Assembly: GCA_045837725.1 (NCBI GenBank)
Contig: JBEWZL010000179.1
Span: 1-64,000, forward strand
Length of the DNA: 64,000 nucleotides
Origin: Vermamoeba vermiformis
Taxonomy: Eukaryota
Direction: 5' to 3'
Shown: in pieces, positions 51,393 to 64,000 of the stretch
How the letters are laid out: every line of letters begins with the position of its first letter
How positions within the stretch are numbered: the first letter of the stretch is position 1
The notes under the pieces: model-generated
Seen by the model: only the letters and a program-made list of their open reading frames with translations
What the model was told of the DNA's origin: nothing
Databases searched by the model: none
Made by a program: the position numbers and the translations under genes

Positions 51393-54389
51393 TTAAAATG
51401 AACCGTATTCTTTCTTGGGAATGCCGTCGCTGTCCTCGGAATCATCTTCCTCCCAAGGGTACTTTGGTCGAGACTTGGACACGGTCTTATCTTCAGGAAT
51501 TAACACGCGCTTATCCTCGCCTGGCTTAGGACTTGCAGTACCCTCAGACAAGGTACTAATAATAACAAATTAGATAAGTAAAGCTCGCTCAGATAGGGCA
51601 AAAGTTTTTGTTCGTGCTTACGTCATCTTAACACCGGTGTTAGGAGCAGGAGACTGTGGTTTGTTTCCTCTGAAGAAACCAAAGATCTTGTTGGTAAACG
51701 AGCCCACTGAACCTTCGCTACCGAACTAATTTTTGCGTCGTTAGATCGAGCTTCAAAAAGATCCGCATCTACTTGTACTTACAACGCTACCAGTATCCAA
51801 GTCCTTGCCTCGTGCCTTCTTCAATTCTTGTTCAAATAAGGTTTCACCGTTCAAACGGGCCTCACGTTCTAAAAACAGAATTAGTTTGTACAAATCCAAA
51901 AAAAGTTTGAATCCAGGTACCTTGAACCAATAAGCCCTTGCCAGACTCAGCTTGCTCGTCCTCTTCATCTTCGTCATATTCGAACTGCTTGATGCGGAAG
52001 CAGGCCAAGATCTTGCCCCACAAGTTGAAGATGGTGGCAATGACGAACACAGCAATGAAGATCGGGAAGTAAAGATTGAAGTAGGTGGCAATAGGCAACA
52101 CGTTAATATCACCCATAGCCTGGACGAAGGCTGATGTAGAATCGTCAGCGTTGTCTTTCGTGTAGTTAATCAAGTGCAAAAAGTTCAATGCTAACGAAGC
52201 ACTCAAACGGCTAATGTACCTATTTTGCACGAGTATATTAATACCCAAATACCATACTAATAATATGCCACTTACGAGGCCGAGAAGATAATGCTATAGG
52301 CATCAGTCTGTTGGTGCGGCAACAACTTGTAGTAGTTGAACAACTTGAGCGAGAACAACGACGTGTAGGTGCAAATGCCCATGTAGGTCAACGGCACAAA
52401 GATCAAAACTTGCAGACCAAAAGAATTGACGCCAGGAGCGTGCACGACGATCGAAGGAATGGACAGATCTTGAGACTTGATGAAAAAGACAAGTTCGGAC
52501 CACACCTAAATGGCACCAAATTAATCGCTTGAGTATGAATTATGCCGCGAGCAGTCTTACAATAGCAATAGAGAAGAGTGCCAAAAGAACGGCCAATGCT
52601 CTGAAGACCCACTTGGACAAGTAGCCCCACCAGAGCCACTCGATGAAGTTGACGGTAGACGCCAATTGGTGCGTGCGCTCCTCTCTGAACGACCAACGGA
52701 TTTTACTATATTAAGACATATTAATTTCAGTCGCAGGCGCACGTGCTATGTTTCAAACTTACTATTTAACACGCTGATCTTTCATTCGCAAAACATCTTC
52801 GTAGCCGAAAGTAGTCTTCAAAGTCTCCTCGTAAATACTAACAGACCGTTAAGCACGTGCCAAAACTACATTTGCAAACGACTTACCACAAAGCACAACG
52901 GTAATTGTGTACGGCAGACTTGAGGGTCGCATTGAGAGCAACGAGATCGTCGTAATTGGTCTTGACTGAACCATCGCCAGAGGTCAATTCGTGGTACTCA
53001 GGAGGGCACTGTGCGACAATCTTATCGAGATATTGTCTGTAAGCATCCCCGGGTTTGACTTTGTCCGAAGTCTTCTTGATCAACTGCAAAAGTAGAACAT
53101 TAGCACTGCAATATTATCAAAAGTAGATATCAAATTCGTCAAGGTCTTGACTAACTAGAATCATTTTCGGAAGTACCATTTGTTACTTGAAAATAAAATC
53201 ACGTAAAGTTCGGTACCTTCAAAACACGGTCGAGTTCTTTGTGCGCAGCGTGCATGTCTTTGTTCAAGTTAACGAGCTCGAATGTGAGGTATTTGTAACG
53301 CAAACTAACGCTAGAAATACGCCACAAGTAACGTGGAATATGCACTAGACCGAAACTAGCGAATGACACGTTAGCGAGCCTGTCTAATATTAACTATGGG
53401 CGTACTTACCCTAAAAAGGAAACAATCAAGAACAGACCCCACACGTTACCAAGTGCCTTCGTCAAATTGATAGTTTGATTGCTGGTAATTATTGGTTAAT
53501 AAGAAGCAAGACTTCACGTCGAAACCTCTGACACTTACAAGTCACGGTCTTCCTTATTTGTCGACAAATAGAGCCACAATAACAACGCAATGCCGATGAC
53601 ACCAACGACGAGGTAGTAGATCAAGTTGGCTCGGAGTGCCGCTTTGAATTTGTCCCAGAATGTAAATTCTCCTGACACGACATACGCTTGCAAAATAGGA
53701 TAGAGAGCCCTAGAATAATTTTTATAAATTATGATGATTAGTTTCGAAAATAGTTGATAAAAACGTGATTTGTTCTTAATTAATACGATAATTTTACAGA
53801 ATGGTCTGTTATTAATTTGCCTACCATGTCAATGCGAATACAGTCCAGTACATGATAGTCCAAATAATGTAGAAGACCTCTTCGTTCAGATAATTAAAGG
53901 GCTTGTCACACGCTGTTGTTTCATTTTTTCCGTCTTGACACGCATCGTATTCGGCCTAATATGGAACCACTTTTTAATATAAAAATGCATCCGAAAAATC
54001 GAAAATGGAATTTGCTTGTATAATTTCTCTTGCTTAATATTAACGAAATTATTTGTAATATGCATTTATAATTTGATTAATATGCACAGTAATATTCTCC
54101 AAAATTAAGGAAGGCAGATCGACTTGCGCGGCGAAAAATAAAATTTTACTTCGTGTAGGAAATTTATTTACGCCTTACTAATTAATTAAATACTATTAAA
54201 TGTACTTACCACTGCGACGTCAATAGGTAGAGCAAATATCATCAGAATGGAAAATAAATAACCGATCAGCACTGATATGTAGATGAACGGGGGCAGGGAA
54301 CGCCATGATATGAACCGGTTTAATATGTAAATAACTATAATAATAACTGCAACAAATTCCAACGCGAAGGAGAGCCACTGCATGCCCAT
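51393..54389 (-). CDS. LMBRD2: LMBR1-domain membrane protein (LMBRD2-like)
   Basis: LPIDV; KFKAALRANLIYY; GNVWGLFLIVSFL; CTYTSLFSLKLFNYYKL..HQQTD..SIIFSA; LALNFLHL; MGDINVLP..FN.YFP. Confidence 0.85.
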
Positions 54390-54600
54390 CTTGTTGCTAA
54401 CAAATAAAATATTAGAGCTCCTCAAATGTTGACAAAGAGTCACAATACTACCTTATATGTACATAAATATATAACAGGTATGTTCTCCTTCAACGGACAA
54501 TAAAAAGTTCTGATCAAAACGAGTTTACCGTTGTAAATTTTTCTTTCACATGTGAAAATTAAAAGTCCACATCGTAATTGTACAAGAGAAGAGAACCAAT

Positions 54601-54837
54601 ATGCAAATATTTGTCAGAGCGCTCACTGGTATGACATTTCCAGTGGAGGTGGAGCTTACCGACACCGTCGACCAGTTGAAGGTACAGATTCAAGACCACG
54701 AAGGCATGGAACCCAAATACCAAATTGTAGTAATAAAAGGCACAGAGACAATTTTAGAGGACGGGAAGACGTTGGGAGATTACAATATTAAAGCAGGTAC
54801 CATACTTGCCCTGCGATTGAATTTGAAGAAAACTTAA
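54601..54837 (+). CDS. Divergent ubiquitin-like protein without C-terminal Gly-Gly
   Basis: MQIFV..LTG..VE..DTV..LK..IQD.EG..LEDGKTL.DYNI; ends LRLNLKKT. Confidence 0.85.
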   Translation: MQIFVRALTGMTFPVEVELTDTVDQLKVQIQDHEGMEPKYQIVVIKGTETILEDGKTLGDYNIKAGTILALRLNLKKT

Positions 54838-55073
54838 ATTTGCCTTAAAAACAGCCACACTAAATCCCAAATTATAATAAAGCGATTATTCATAAAGGTA
54901 TACTATTTACGGTCTTTTACGGCAAGTCTTTGAAATTTTGATGCCCTTTGTCGAATCCCACCAGCCTTGACGATTTCGAGTTGGTAATACCAAGCAATAA
55001 GACCGTTGGAAGATAAAAATATTATTACCACAATTCATAATTTACATCGTCTGGCTTAATGGCGTTTTTGCTT

Positions 55074-56123
55074 CTAGTTTGTTCGGTCTTTGGGAGATCG
55101 CAACCAAGCGTGAGTAACGCTCACTTCAAAGTAAGTTTATTAGTAATAGCAATATTATACTCAATATTAGTGCTTACATGCCACCGCTATAATATCGGAG
55201 AGGAAGAATGGCAAGAGTACATCCATAGCCCGAGCGAGCGTCGACGTAACTTCATATATGTTAGTTACTTCACTCTAGCAGATTATATATAATAATATGA
55301 TATTATATTTCTTTTTTTCAAACAGATTGAAAGAGAAGTCTTACAAAACCATAGGCCGGCAACTGTAATGCTTGGCTCGACGGCGATTGGAATTCTATTA
55401 TGAAATACTAATGCAGCACCGTTAATTAATAACGGAATGAACAATAATCTGCGGCTAAATCTGCAGTGCGAGAATTAGTACAGATCCCAGCTATTCGGAG
55501 GCAAATAATTGTATTATTGTACTTACGCAAACAAAAGAAGCAGCCCCAAGAATATAGCGTAATAATTTAACCAATATTTTTTGAGATTAACCGCGACTTG
55601 ATTGACGTTGAACGCTGGCTTGGGGGTAGATTTGATATTTTCGACTACTCCTTGTAGAAAATCGTTCCACCGCGCTTTGTCAATCATTTGCAAGTATAAT
55701 GGCACTGTATTATTAATTTGATGAACATGTGCTCGCGCAGGTTGAGTGGAAGTTGTTTCTTGTTGACGAGGAGGAGATGACGCCGGCTTCCTCGGTGACA
55801 CAGATTTTTCAATATGCTCTACATCTCTTTCTTTTTCAATATTTCCTGAGATAATTGTTACTCTCACAAATTTGGGGATTTAATTAAATAAAAAGATTTT
55901 CCATTCAATTTCAATTTAATTTTTCGAATCTGCATCGAGCTTGTCACTTACCACCTTCCGACAATCTAGGTTTGACTTTTGATTTGTCTATTTTTTTATT
56001 CAGATCTGCTGGGAGTGATTGTCGTCTATCAAAATTTTCAGATGGCCGGGGATTTGACGGCATTTCAGACACAGACCGCGCTGGAATGTCTTCCTCGAAT
56101 CTTTCTCTTTCTAAATCAGCCAT
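55074..56123 (-). CDS. PRA1 (prenylated Rab acceptor) family protein
   Basis: RWNDF..NLKKYWLNYYAIF, hydrophobic hairpins and C-terminal THAWLR after splicing. Confidence 0.7.
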
Positions 56124-56241
56124 AGCTTTGTGGGTATAATACGAGAATAAAAAGACGAATTGTCGCCGACACCAGACTTTTTGTTTTTAGGTTTTTATTT
56201 ATAAATAGCATTCGCATTGCACTCCAGTCAACAAAAGAATA

Positions 56242-58109
56242 TTATACAACAATTAGTGCACCAACACTTCCGAAGACCGGCTTCTCGTTTGTTAGACAAG
56301 CTGAGCTGGATGTGGTTACTCGTGCCCAATTTCTTCCGTGCATAATTGATGTATTCTCCTACTTTTCCTTTAATTCATATTTACCATAGTAGTTTATTCT
56401 TTTGCTATGCTAAAGCACAACGCGTATTTACATGGTGCAGTGAAATCGAAGACTAAAGTAGCAACTCTGCAGCGATTCAAAATTAGTAAGCGTGAGCAAT
56501 AATGCAACAAACCAACTCTCCATTCTACTTACATTCGAACTATGTTGCCAATTACAATCCTCGACATTACTGCTTGTTGCTGGATTTGAGCGGGTTGACA
56601 GACGTGCTCTTCGATGGCACGTGACGTGACACTTGGCCAGTATTGTTCACTGAAGTCTGCGAGGCCAGCATCACTGACGCCGAGGGTTTAGCCACTGCGT
56701 TGGTGTTGTTTGGTGGCGGAGTTGGCTCATCTTCCATTTCTTCATCGTCGTCCGTGTCCATTTGATCGCTACTCAACACGAGCATTAGTTTCATAATTTC
56801 ATATTCAAAACAGTTCAGTATTTATGAAAAAGTCTTATCAATGATTAAAGTATGATAAACAACGCGAATATAACGTACCCTTCAACAGCAGGAACCTCCT
56901 TACGGAACAACCGAAGCAAGTCGTTTGTTGACAGATCTTTGTTGTCAGTCATATTATAAATCTCGCGTAACTCTTCAAAAGTGTATTCTTGCGTCTTCTT
57001 CTTCTTCAAATAGGACTTGACCACGTCGTCCAATGACATAGAGTCCTTCTTAGTCAACGTCATAGCGAACTTTCTCATTCTGTCACGTTCTTGGAACTTC
57101 AATTGGCGCTTAGCCAACCAGTCCTTGATGGTGACTGTTCGTTTTTTCATTTCTTCGGCCGAGAACTTGCTGTTGGGAAGAACTTCTTTTTCAAACGTTG
57201 TCTCGCCTTCTAAACGAATCAAAATGTTAAAAATAGTTCACAAATATTCCGTCGATAGCATAGTGTAATACGCTTATATTTTAAGGGTATTATCTTGTTT
57301 TATAAATTAGGCGCTTAAAATTGAATTCGTCAGATCGAGGATGCAAAACAAGATTTTTTTGAAACACCATTATTAAAGATATAAAAAATATTGTGCACGT
57401 CATAAAAATATATGCAGATAACAATATTAAGAAAAATCACTGATTCGCAAGAAAAGAATCGGATCACGCTGCCGATCAAAAAAAAAACGGTCACAAGGGT
57501 GACTTACCGAGAACTTGTTCAGTAGTCCAACCAGCATTCGCTGTATTGCTACCACCAGTGCTGGTAGATGGCGAGGCGGATGATTGGTTCGAGGATTGTT
57601 CGCTATCCGAGATGTTGGACGATTTTAGAAATTTGGAGCTGTATAATGTGGGTTCATTATCTTGCATTAAATATTCCTTAGGAATAGTTCGTGATGGCCC
57701 AGCATGTTGTAATTGCCTGCAAATTGATTAATTAATGAATTTAGATTTGAATCTTTACGTTAAATCTGTAATTATTCGTGCGGGACCATTATCGCCACCG
57801 CTAAAATTATATTAATATTATTGTGACATTATTTTCGCCAATAGTTGCGTTCTCTAACCTGTTCTTTTTCTTCCAAGCATAAACCTTTTGGTGAGATTTG
57901 ACTAATTGTGTTTTTGAAAGCTGTGAACGTGTTTTCTTATCCAAGCTAGCCAAATAATCATTTGTTTGCTTGTCTATAATATCGTCAATTTTTGTTCGGG
58001 ATTGCACCTCCACTGTTTTAGTTTCAGCATTCAATCTTCGCAGATTGTCTACTGTAAGTAAGGAGAATGAATAGGCTTCACGTCGAAATCTATTAGCGTC
58101 TGTTGTCAT
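56242..58109 (-). CDS. Multi-exon hypothetical protein (both ends uncertain)
   Basis: Colinear ORFs 57807-58109, 56845-57222 and 56567-56794 with GT-AG boundaries. No recognisable family. Confidence 0.45.
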
Positions 58110-58391
58110 CGTGGTCGTTATTAATAATGTTCTTTTGGCTAACTAGACATCGCTCGTGGTCGTCCTCTGATTTTTGCAATGTAAATAATTAGAAAGATAC
58201 GACGAGCACTAAAACACTAAACTGCCGCACCAACTAATATATATTAGATATTCAATATCTATTGTGCTCTCGTGCTGTCGGAGAATTGAATGACCTGTCG
58301 GCTAAATATTAATTGAAGAGTTCGCGCTTTTTTTGTCCTTTCAAACAAACAGACATCAACAACTAGACTTTTGATGTCTCAAATTAATACC

Positions 58392-61300
58392 ATGCGTAGA
58401 ATATGTTACGTAGGCTTGATTTTATTGTTAATTCAATGCAGTCAAGGTAAGTGATCGGATGAGTCAAGATCTTGGCAAGCTCACGCGTTGTAATTTTATT
58501 ATTAATTAATTTATTAAATATTGAACGTGTTAGAGTAATTGCACGGTTCAAGAATTAAAGAAAATCTTCAGTGTTAAAGCAGAAAATTTCCTTTTTAATT
58601 AACGAAGATATTAAGCAAATTAACAATAGCCAGATCCGATTTAACCCTCAACAATATTAATTTCAGCTATTTGATATCGCGTCGTTGCAAAATTTAATGA
58701 TTCTGACGTGTCACGTATTTCAGCCACGTCGTTCTCGTGGGAGGGCCTTGAAACAGCCAACAAAGAGCTGTTTTCTGCGCGTGCAGCCCACACAGTGAGC
58801 GTTGTGGACAATAAGAACGTATACATCTTTGGTGGTCACAAAGGAAGAAATTTGTGGTATAACGATCTGCTGATGCTTGATCTCGGTAAGTACCCTACCG
58901 CTATTGCTCTCAAAGTAAACAAGAGCACTACTTATGACCTTTGTGCGTATCAGAGACCAACCAATGGCAGACTATCGATGCTAAGGGTGATATTCCTTCA
59001 GCAAGGTGCGTGGCTCGAGATCTTCAAACATTCCTAGTTTGTTTCTAATATTTTCTTGCAGAGGAGGTCATAGTGCTGTGGTGTATAACAATAACATTTA
59101 CATCTTTGGCGGCGAGTCAACAAGCGCTCAGTTCATTAGACGAAACTTTGATGATTTATATGAGTTCAACACGAGTGAGTAGTAAATATATAGGACGTAT
59201 TGATGCACCTATTAACGGTCTCTAAAGACACCAATCAATGGCGCAAATTGTCAGCTCGTGGACGCGGACCTTCAGCTCGATCTCACCACAGCACTAGTTT
59301 AGTTGGCCACACACTCTACGTGTTCGGTGGCAATGATGGATTTGACGACTTGAACGACCTTTATTCATACAACCTTCGTAAGTGTTAATTTTATACTTGA
59401 CTTGTTGGCGGCCCATAGCTCACATCCACGAATAGTTAGCGGCGAATGGAAGTTCCATGAGTGCACAGGCGACGTGCCCTTAGCACGATCTCAACACTCG
59501 GCAGTGGTTTTTGATGATAAGATTGTTATTTTCGGTGGCAAGGCAAAGAACTTTTTCTTCAATGACACGATCGTTTTGGATCCTGGTACGCCACCTTTCT
59601 TTGCTATTCGTAGTTGTCTGATGTTGCATTCTAACAAAATAATTACTACAGCCACCTTCTTGTGGCAAAAAGTCGCAGAGCCTGCTGAAAGACCCATTGC
59701 TAAGCGCGCAGGACATTCTGCAACTGTAGCGAACAATTTGATGATCGTGACCGGTGGAGTTAACAGTGAGAGCGATCAGATCTGCTTGACCGAAATATCC
59801 GTACTCGATTTAGGTAAGTTAAATATTTCAGCAAGCGTTGTCGAGCTAACCACGAACAGAAAAACTTGTATGGAGTTCGGATGTGGAAGTCAAGATCAAG
59901 ACACGCTCCCTTCCCCTCTCGCGCAATTTGCACGCTACTACGCCTGTCATTCGTGGAGCCAATAACAATGTGTTCGCTTTGGTCGTTGGTGGACAATCGT
60001 GCTCCAAGTCTGACGTGTTTGACGATGTTTTCAAGATCAGCCTCGATCAGGTGGGATCTTTCTACACTGGTACGTGATTTCAATTTAAATTCGTTGTATT
60101 GTACTCACTACCTTCAGGTATTATGAACATGTTTGGCTCAACGACAGAAAAGCAAGGAGCTGCAGCGATCGACGCAGCAACGAAACCAGCAGCAGGAATT
60201 CGTTGGCAAAAAATTTATGCTGATGAGTCATTCCCCTCACCACGCTACTACCACGCCACTGCTTACGCGCACAAGTAAGTCATACACTTTTTCAAAACGA
60301 GAAATCTCGCGGATCCAAAAAAAGAAATTTTCGTGTTGTTGCGGTTTGATAAGGGTCGTGTTCGCGAACTACCGCGTACGGCAAGTAGTGACCCAAACAC
60401 GTTGTTGCAAAACGTCTCGGGCACGACCACACTAACAAGAATGCACCGCTTCCCGTCCGATCAGCGAAGTTAAGCTTGTTCAGGCCTTCTTAGTACTGGG
60501 GTAGGAGACTACCTGGGAATCGGAGGTGTTGTGCTCTTTCTCTTTTTTGCTTTTTGCTGAGCTGATCGCATGGTTGCTTTCTTTTTGATCGGTGCTAGGA
60601 AAATCTTGTTGATCTGGGCACGATCTTGTTGCTTTCTTTACCATCCCTTCGCTACAATTTTTTTCCATCGACTGGCTTTGCTAGTCAGATCGCCAACAAA
60701 ATACTTCTAAACCGGCCAAACACGAGACTGTGATCATTAATGGAGCTGGCACGTGCAATCGTTCTTTCTAACCGAACCAGGCCCTGTTTTTGCGCTGCGA
60801 CGGGTCAACAACGGCCGTTTAGCTCAGTTGGTTAGAGCATCGTGCTAATAACGCGAGGGTCCCAGGTTCGATCCCTGGAATGGCCAATTTTTTTTTAACA
60901 TTTTTGCTGTTGAGCACGCCTTCGCACCAACATTTTATTCGATTTTTGGTTCGGGACCTCCCCTAATATTGCCTCCAATTAACTCCTATTGCTGGCAGGC
61001 AATTCTACTCTTTTGGCGGCAAGCAGGCATCAAGTTGGACGCAATACTTCAATGAGCTGTTTGAGTTCGACATAGGTATGCTTCTACTACTACTAATCAA
61101 CACTCAAATTAACTCTTCATTTAGCCAGCCGAAAGTGGTCGCAACTTAGCGTTAGTAACGCACCCGATGCCCGTGGAGGTATGTTAACTACTCCCGCTTC
61201 GAGCACCTTTCTAATTTCCGCAGGCCACACGATGACGTACAGTCGCTCTCGAAACCAGTTAATTGTCTTTGGTGGTGAGAGCAAGTCCTATTTCTCCACT

Positions 61301-64000
61301 ACCGTAAAAAATGACGTGCACGCATTTGACATTGGTAAGCGAAAAAGTTCTCGATCTCGCGTTGTCAACTAACACTGGTTGCAGATAACTTGCGCTGGCA
61401 CCATTTGAAGCCCTCGGGCGAAGCACCTGTAGCTCGCAGAGGTCATAGTGCTGTAATGCGCGGAGATACTTTGTGGATCATGGGCGGTGACGACAGCTCA
61501 AAATTGTACAACGACTTCAAAGGCTTGGATTTGGGTAAGTTATCTACCAATACCATAGTTTGTTTAACGCTGTATTAAGACAAAATGTCTTGGCTCAACA
61601 CCGTTGTGTTTGGTCCCAAACCTGCTCCTCGTACGCAACACTGTGCTGTCTTGGTGAACAATCGCAATTTGTATGTCTTTGGTGGTCACAACTTGCAAAA
61701 CAAATACTTCGATGACTTGCACATGATGGATTTAGGTACTTTACAATTGAGCCGCGCACTTGGAAGCTAACAATATATTTAGATTCGATGACGTGGAGCC
61801 CTGTAGTTCCTACTGGTCCCACGCCAAGTGGTCGTTTCGGTCACACTTGCCACGTGTATGAAAACTTCCGTGGTCAGAAAGAGATCCTCGTCTTTGGTGG
61901 TACTGATGGTGCGGCAGTTTTCAACGACATTTGGTCGTTTAATACTGTTACCGAGAGGTGGCACCATCACGTGGTTGTACCTGATAATTTAATGGGTCGT
62001 ATTTTGCACGGCAGCGAGCTCGTCGAGTTGGATTTGTACGTTTTTGGCGGCAAAGCTGGTGCTACTCATTTGAATGATTTGGTCATCGTTGACTTGCGTA
62101 AGTAATGAGAATTTTGCATGAATTCAGCCTTTCTCACCGGTGGTGTAGGTCCTTTAATCTTCGAAGAAACAGCAACTCAGCCGACCCGTGCTTACGAGCC
62201 CACGCGTACTACTGAGCCTAACCCCACGCCAACACCCGCGTCACCTAAGGCAGATACATTGGAGGGCTTTATGGAAGAACTCAAGCGACACGCAAAGCTG
62301 TCAAGCGCAAAGCGCACTGACGCTGAGAAGTTGATCGAAAATATTCGCAGCAAGACCCGCGAAGAAGCTAAGCATGCCGTATTGAACATTGTAAGTTCAA
62401 TTAGTGAGTAGATTAATCGATTTGGCTCATCTTTATTGTCAGGACACGAAGTCGATTTTGATCAGCAGTGACTTGGAAAAGCAATTGAGTGAGCGCAAGA
62501 GAAAGTTGGAAACGTATATTTCTGACTTGCAAGTCCAATTGAACGGATACTACACCACGCAAAGTAACATCGACAGCTTCAAAGAGAAGATTCGTGCCGT
62601 TGAAGAGCTGCTCGAACAACTCCGTGCCAAGTCGAAGAAGATCGACCACTTGATGAAAGAATTGGCTGCTCGCGGCAACGAGCTCGAGCAGAGCATGAAG
62701 GACTACAGATCCACTGAAACTCAAGTCAATTCCGCCTACATTAAGATCACCAACTACGAGCAACTGGAATCTCACGCCCTCGCTAAGGAGTTGGACGCAT
62801 TGAGAGCAAAGCTCACTGCCGTGAAGAGCAACATTGAAATCACGAAGCGAGACCTCGATAAAGCGTCACGTGATCATCGTGATACCTTGTTGAGCATTAA
62901 AAACTTGAAGCAAGATGTGGAGACTTATCCCAAGGAGATCGAAAACTTGAGAAAAGTAAGCCATGCCTCTAACTAATTGATAAGACGTCTAACCTATTGT
63001 CGATAGACTAAGGCTACCCTCGAAGCTAGAATCAAAGAGTTAGAAGCTAAGATTGAAGAACAGACCAAGATTGTTACTGCTCAAACTGAGACCGTTAGAC
63101 GTGCTGAGAACGATCTAGAAAAGCTTCGCAAGAAAGAATCGGCATTCCAAGTAAGTCTCAATAGCTATAAGAGTATTATATTAACCTGGTTCTAGAATTT
63201 CTTGACCGTGGCTGAGCAACAGAAACAAAACAGCAAATTGTTGTTGGATGCGTTGGAGTCCGTTACATCTTTGTCCAAGACCGCTGAAAAATTAATGAAC
63301 GAATTGTCCGATGACGCAGATGAAGACTTGGATAATGAAGAGTTGGACGGAGATCTGATGGCTTTGAAGGAGACCCAAGAAAAGATCGAAAAATTCAAGG
63401 CCAAGTTCAACGAGCAATTGTCGACCAAGAGAAGTCAAATCAACACTCGTTTGAACGATGCTAGAGCGAAGTTGAATGCTGCCACGGAAATCAAAGAGAC
63501 TTTGAAAAGAGAATTAGAGGCTTTGTTGACTCAATTAGAGAACGTCAATCAAGAGCTGAATTCAAAGGTACATATTTTATAGTACCGCTATATTAATCTA
63601 ATATTGTCTTAGGAGTCTCGTTTGGCTTCATTCTCGGCTGAAGAAGAGCAGTTGAAATCTCGCGCCGAGATTTTCTTGAAGAACGAGAACAAGATCAAGT
63701 CCAGCTTCGAACAGTTGTTGGGTGAAGAGGCTCAAATTGATAAGCGCATCAAGGAGGTTACGGAGAATATACAAAACTCCGATAATGAAGTCATTCAAGC
63801 CAAGTAAGTACTGGATCCGCATGAGGGTTTATACTGTTCCAAATTATATGGAATTATACCAAGTATTCGAATATTAAGCATGATGTTAATCGCAATCTAT
63901 AGGAAAACGCTCGAGAAGCTCAGATCTGAATGGAAATCTCTCGTTACACGCATTGAAAAGAGCCTTGAAAATGCGGACAAAGCTTACCGTGAGTTCCTTA
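58392..64000 (+). CDS. Signal-peptide, 12-Kelch-repeat (two propellers) + long coiled-coil protein, 3' partial
   Basis: Exon 1 (58392-58446) splices to give MRRICYVGLILLLIQCSQA-TSFSW. Twelve R..H..(F/G)GG repeats follow, with heptad-rich exons from about 62250 to the window end. Confidence 0.85.
60419..60537 (+). rRNA. RNA5S: 5S rRNA, intronic in the Kelch gene
   Basis: Identical over 119 nt to the copy at 19428-19546; followed by T-runs. Confidence 0.96.
60813..60886 (+). tRNA. trnI-AAT: tRNA-Ile(AAT), intronic in the Kelch gene
   Basis: 74-nt cloverleaf with anticodon loop CTAATAA, GTTCGATCC T-arm and a downstream T-run. Confidence 0.95.

Noticed and set aside
58199-58380. ncRNA from local hairpins (AGACATCAA..TTGATGTCT)
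   Set aside because: Short stems in a divergent promoter region, with no snoRNA boxes or terminator I could support.

Overview
This is a gene-dense eukaryotic (protist) window. Short GT-AG introns, mostly about 45-60 nt, fragment the ORF track. The gene set (IP3 receptor, villin, PX, SH2, PRA1, LMBR1) suggests an amoebozoan-like organism, which is an inference. About 21 protein genes can be reconstructed, along with two identical 5S rRNA genes and two tRNAs. Most notable: (1) both 5S genes sit as conserved cassettes inside unusually long spliceosomal introns of unrelated genes, one of them together with tRNA-Ile; (2) an intronless bacterial-type phosphotransferase lies head-to-head with a nucleotide-sugar-transporter/STELLO-like glycosyltransferase fusion, a possible glycan-modification module; (3) a tandem-CBM20 deubiquitinase; (4) two RhoGAP/Cbl-like/SH2/LRR/F-box-like paralogs; (5) a gene-free island of about 2.6 kb holding two families of 25-nt hairpin repeats, next to a CpG-depleted relic ORF. 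Gene models and domain calls were made by eye from motifs. No database search was run, and multi-exon coordinates are approximate.
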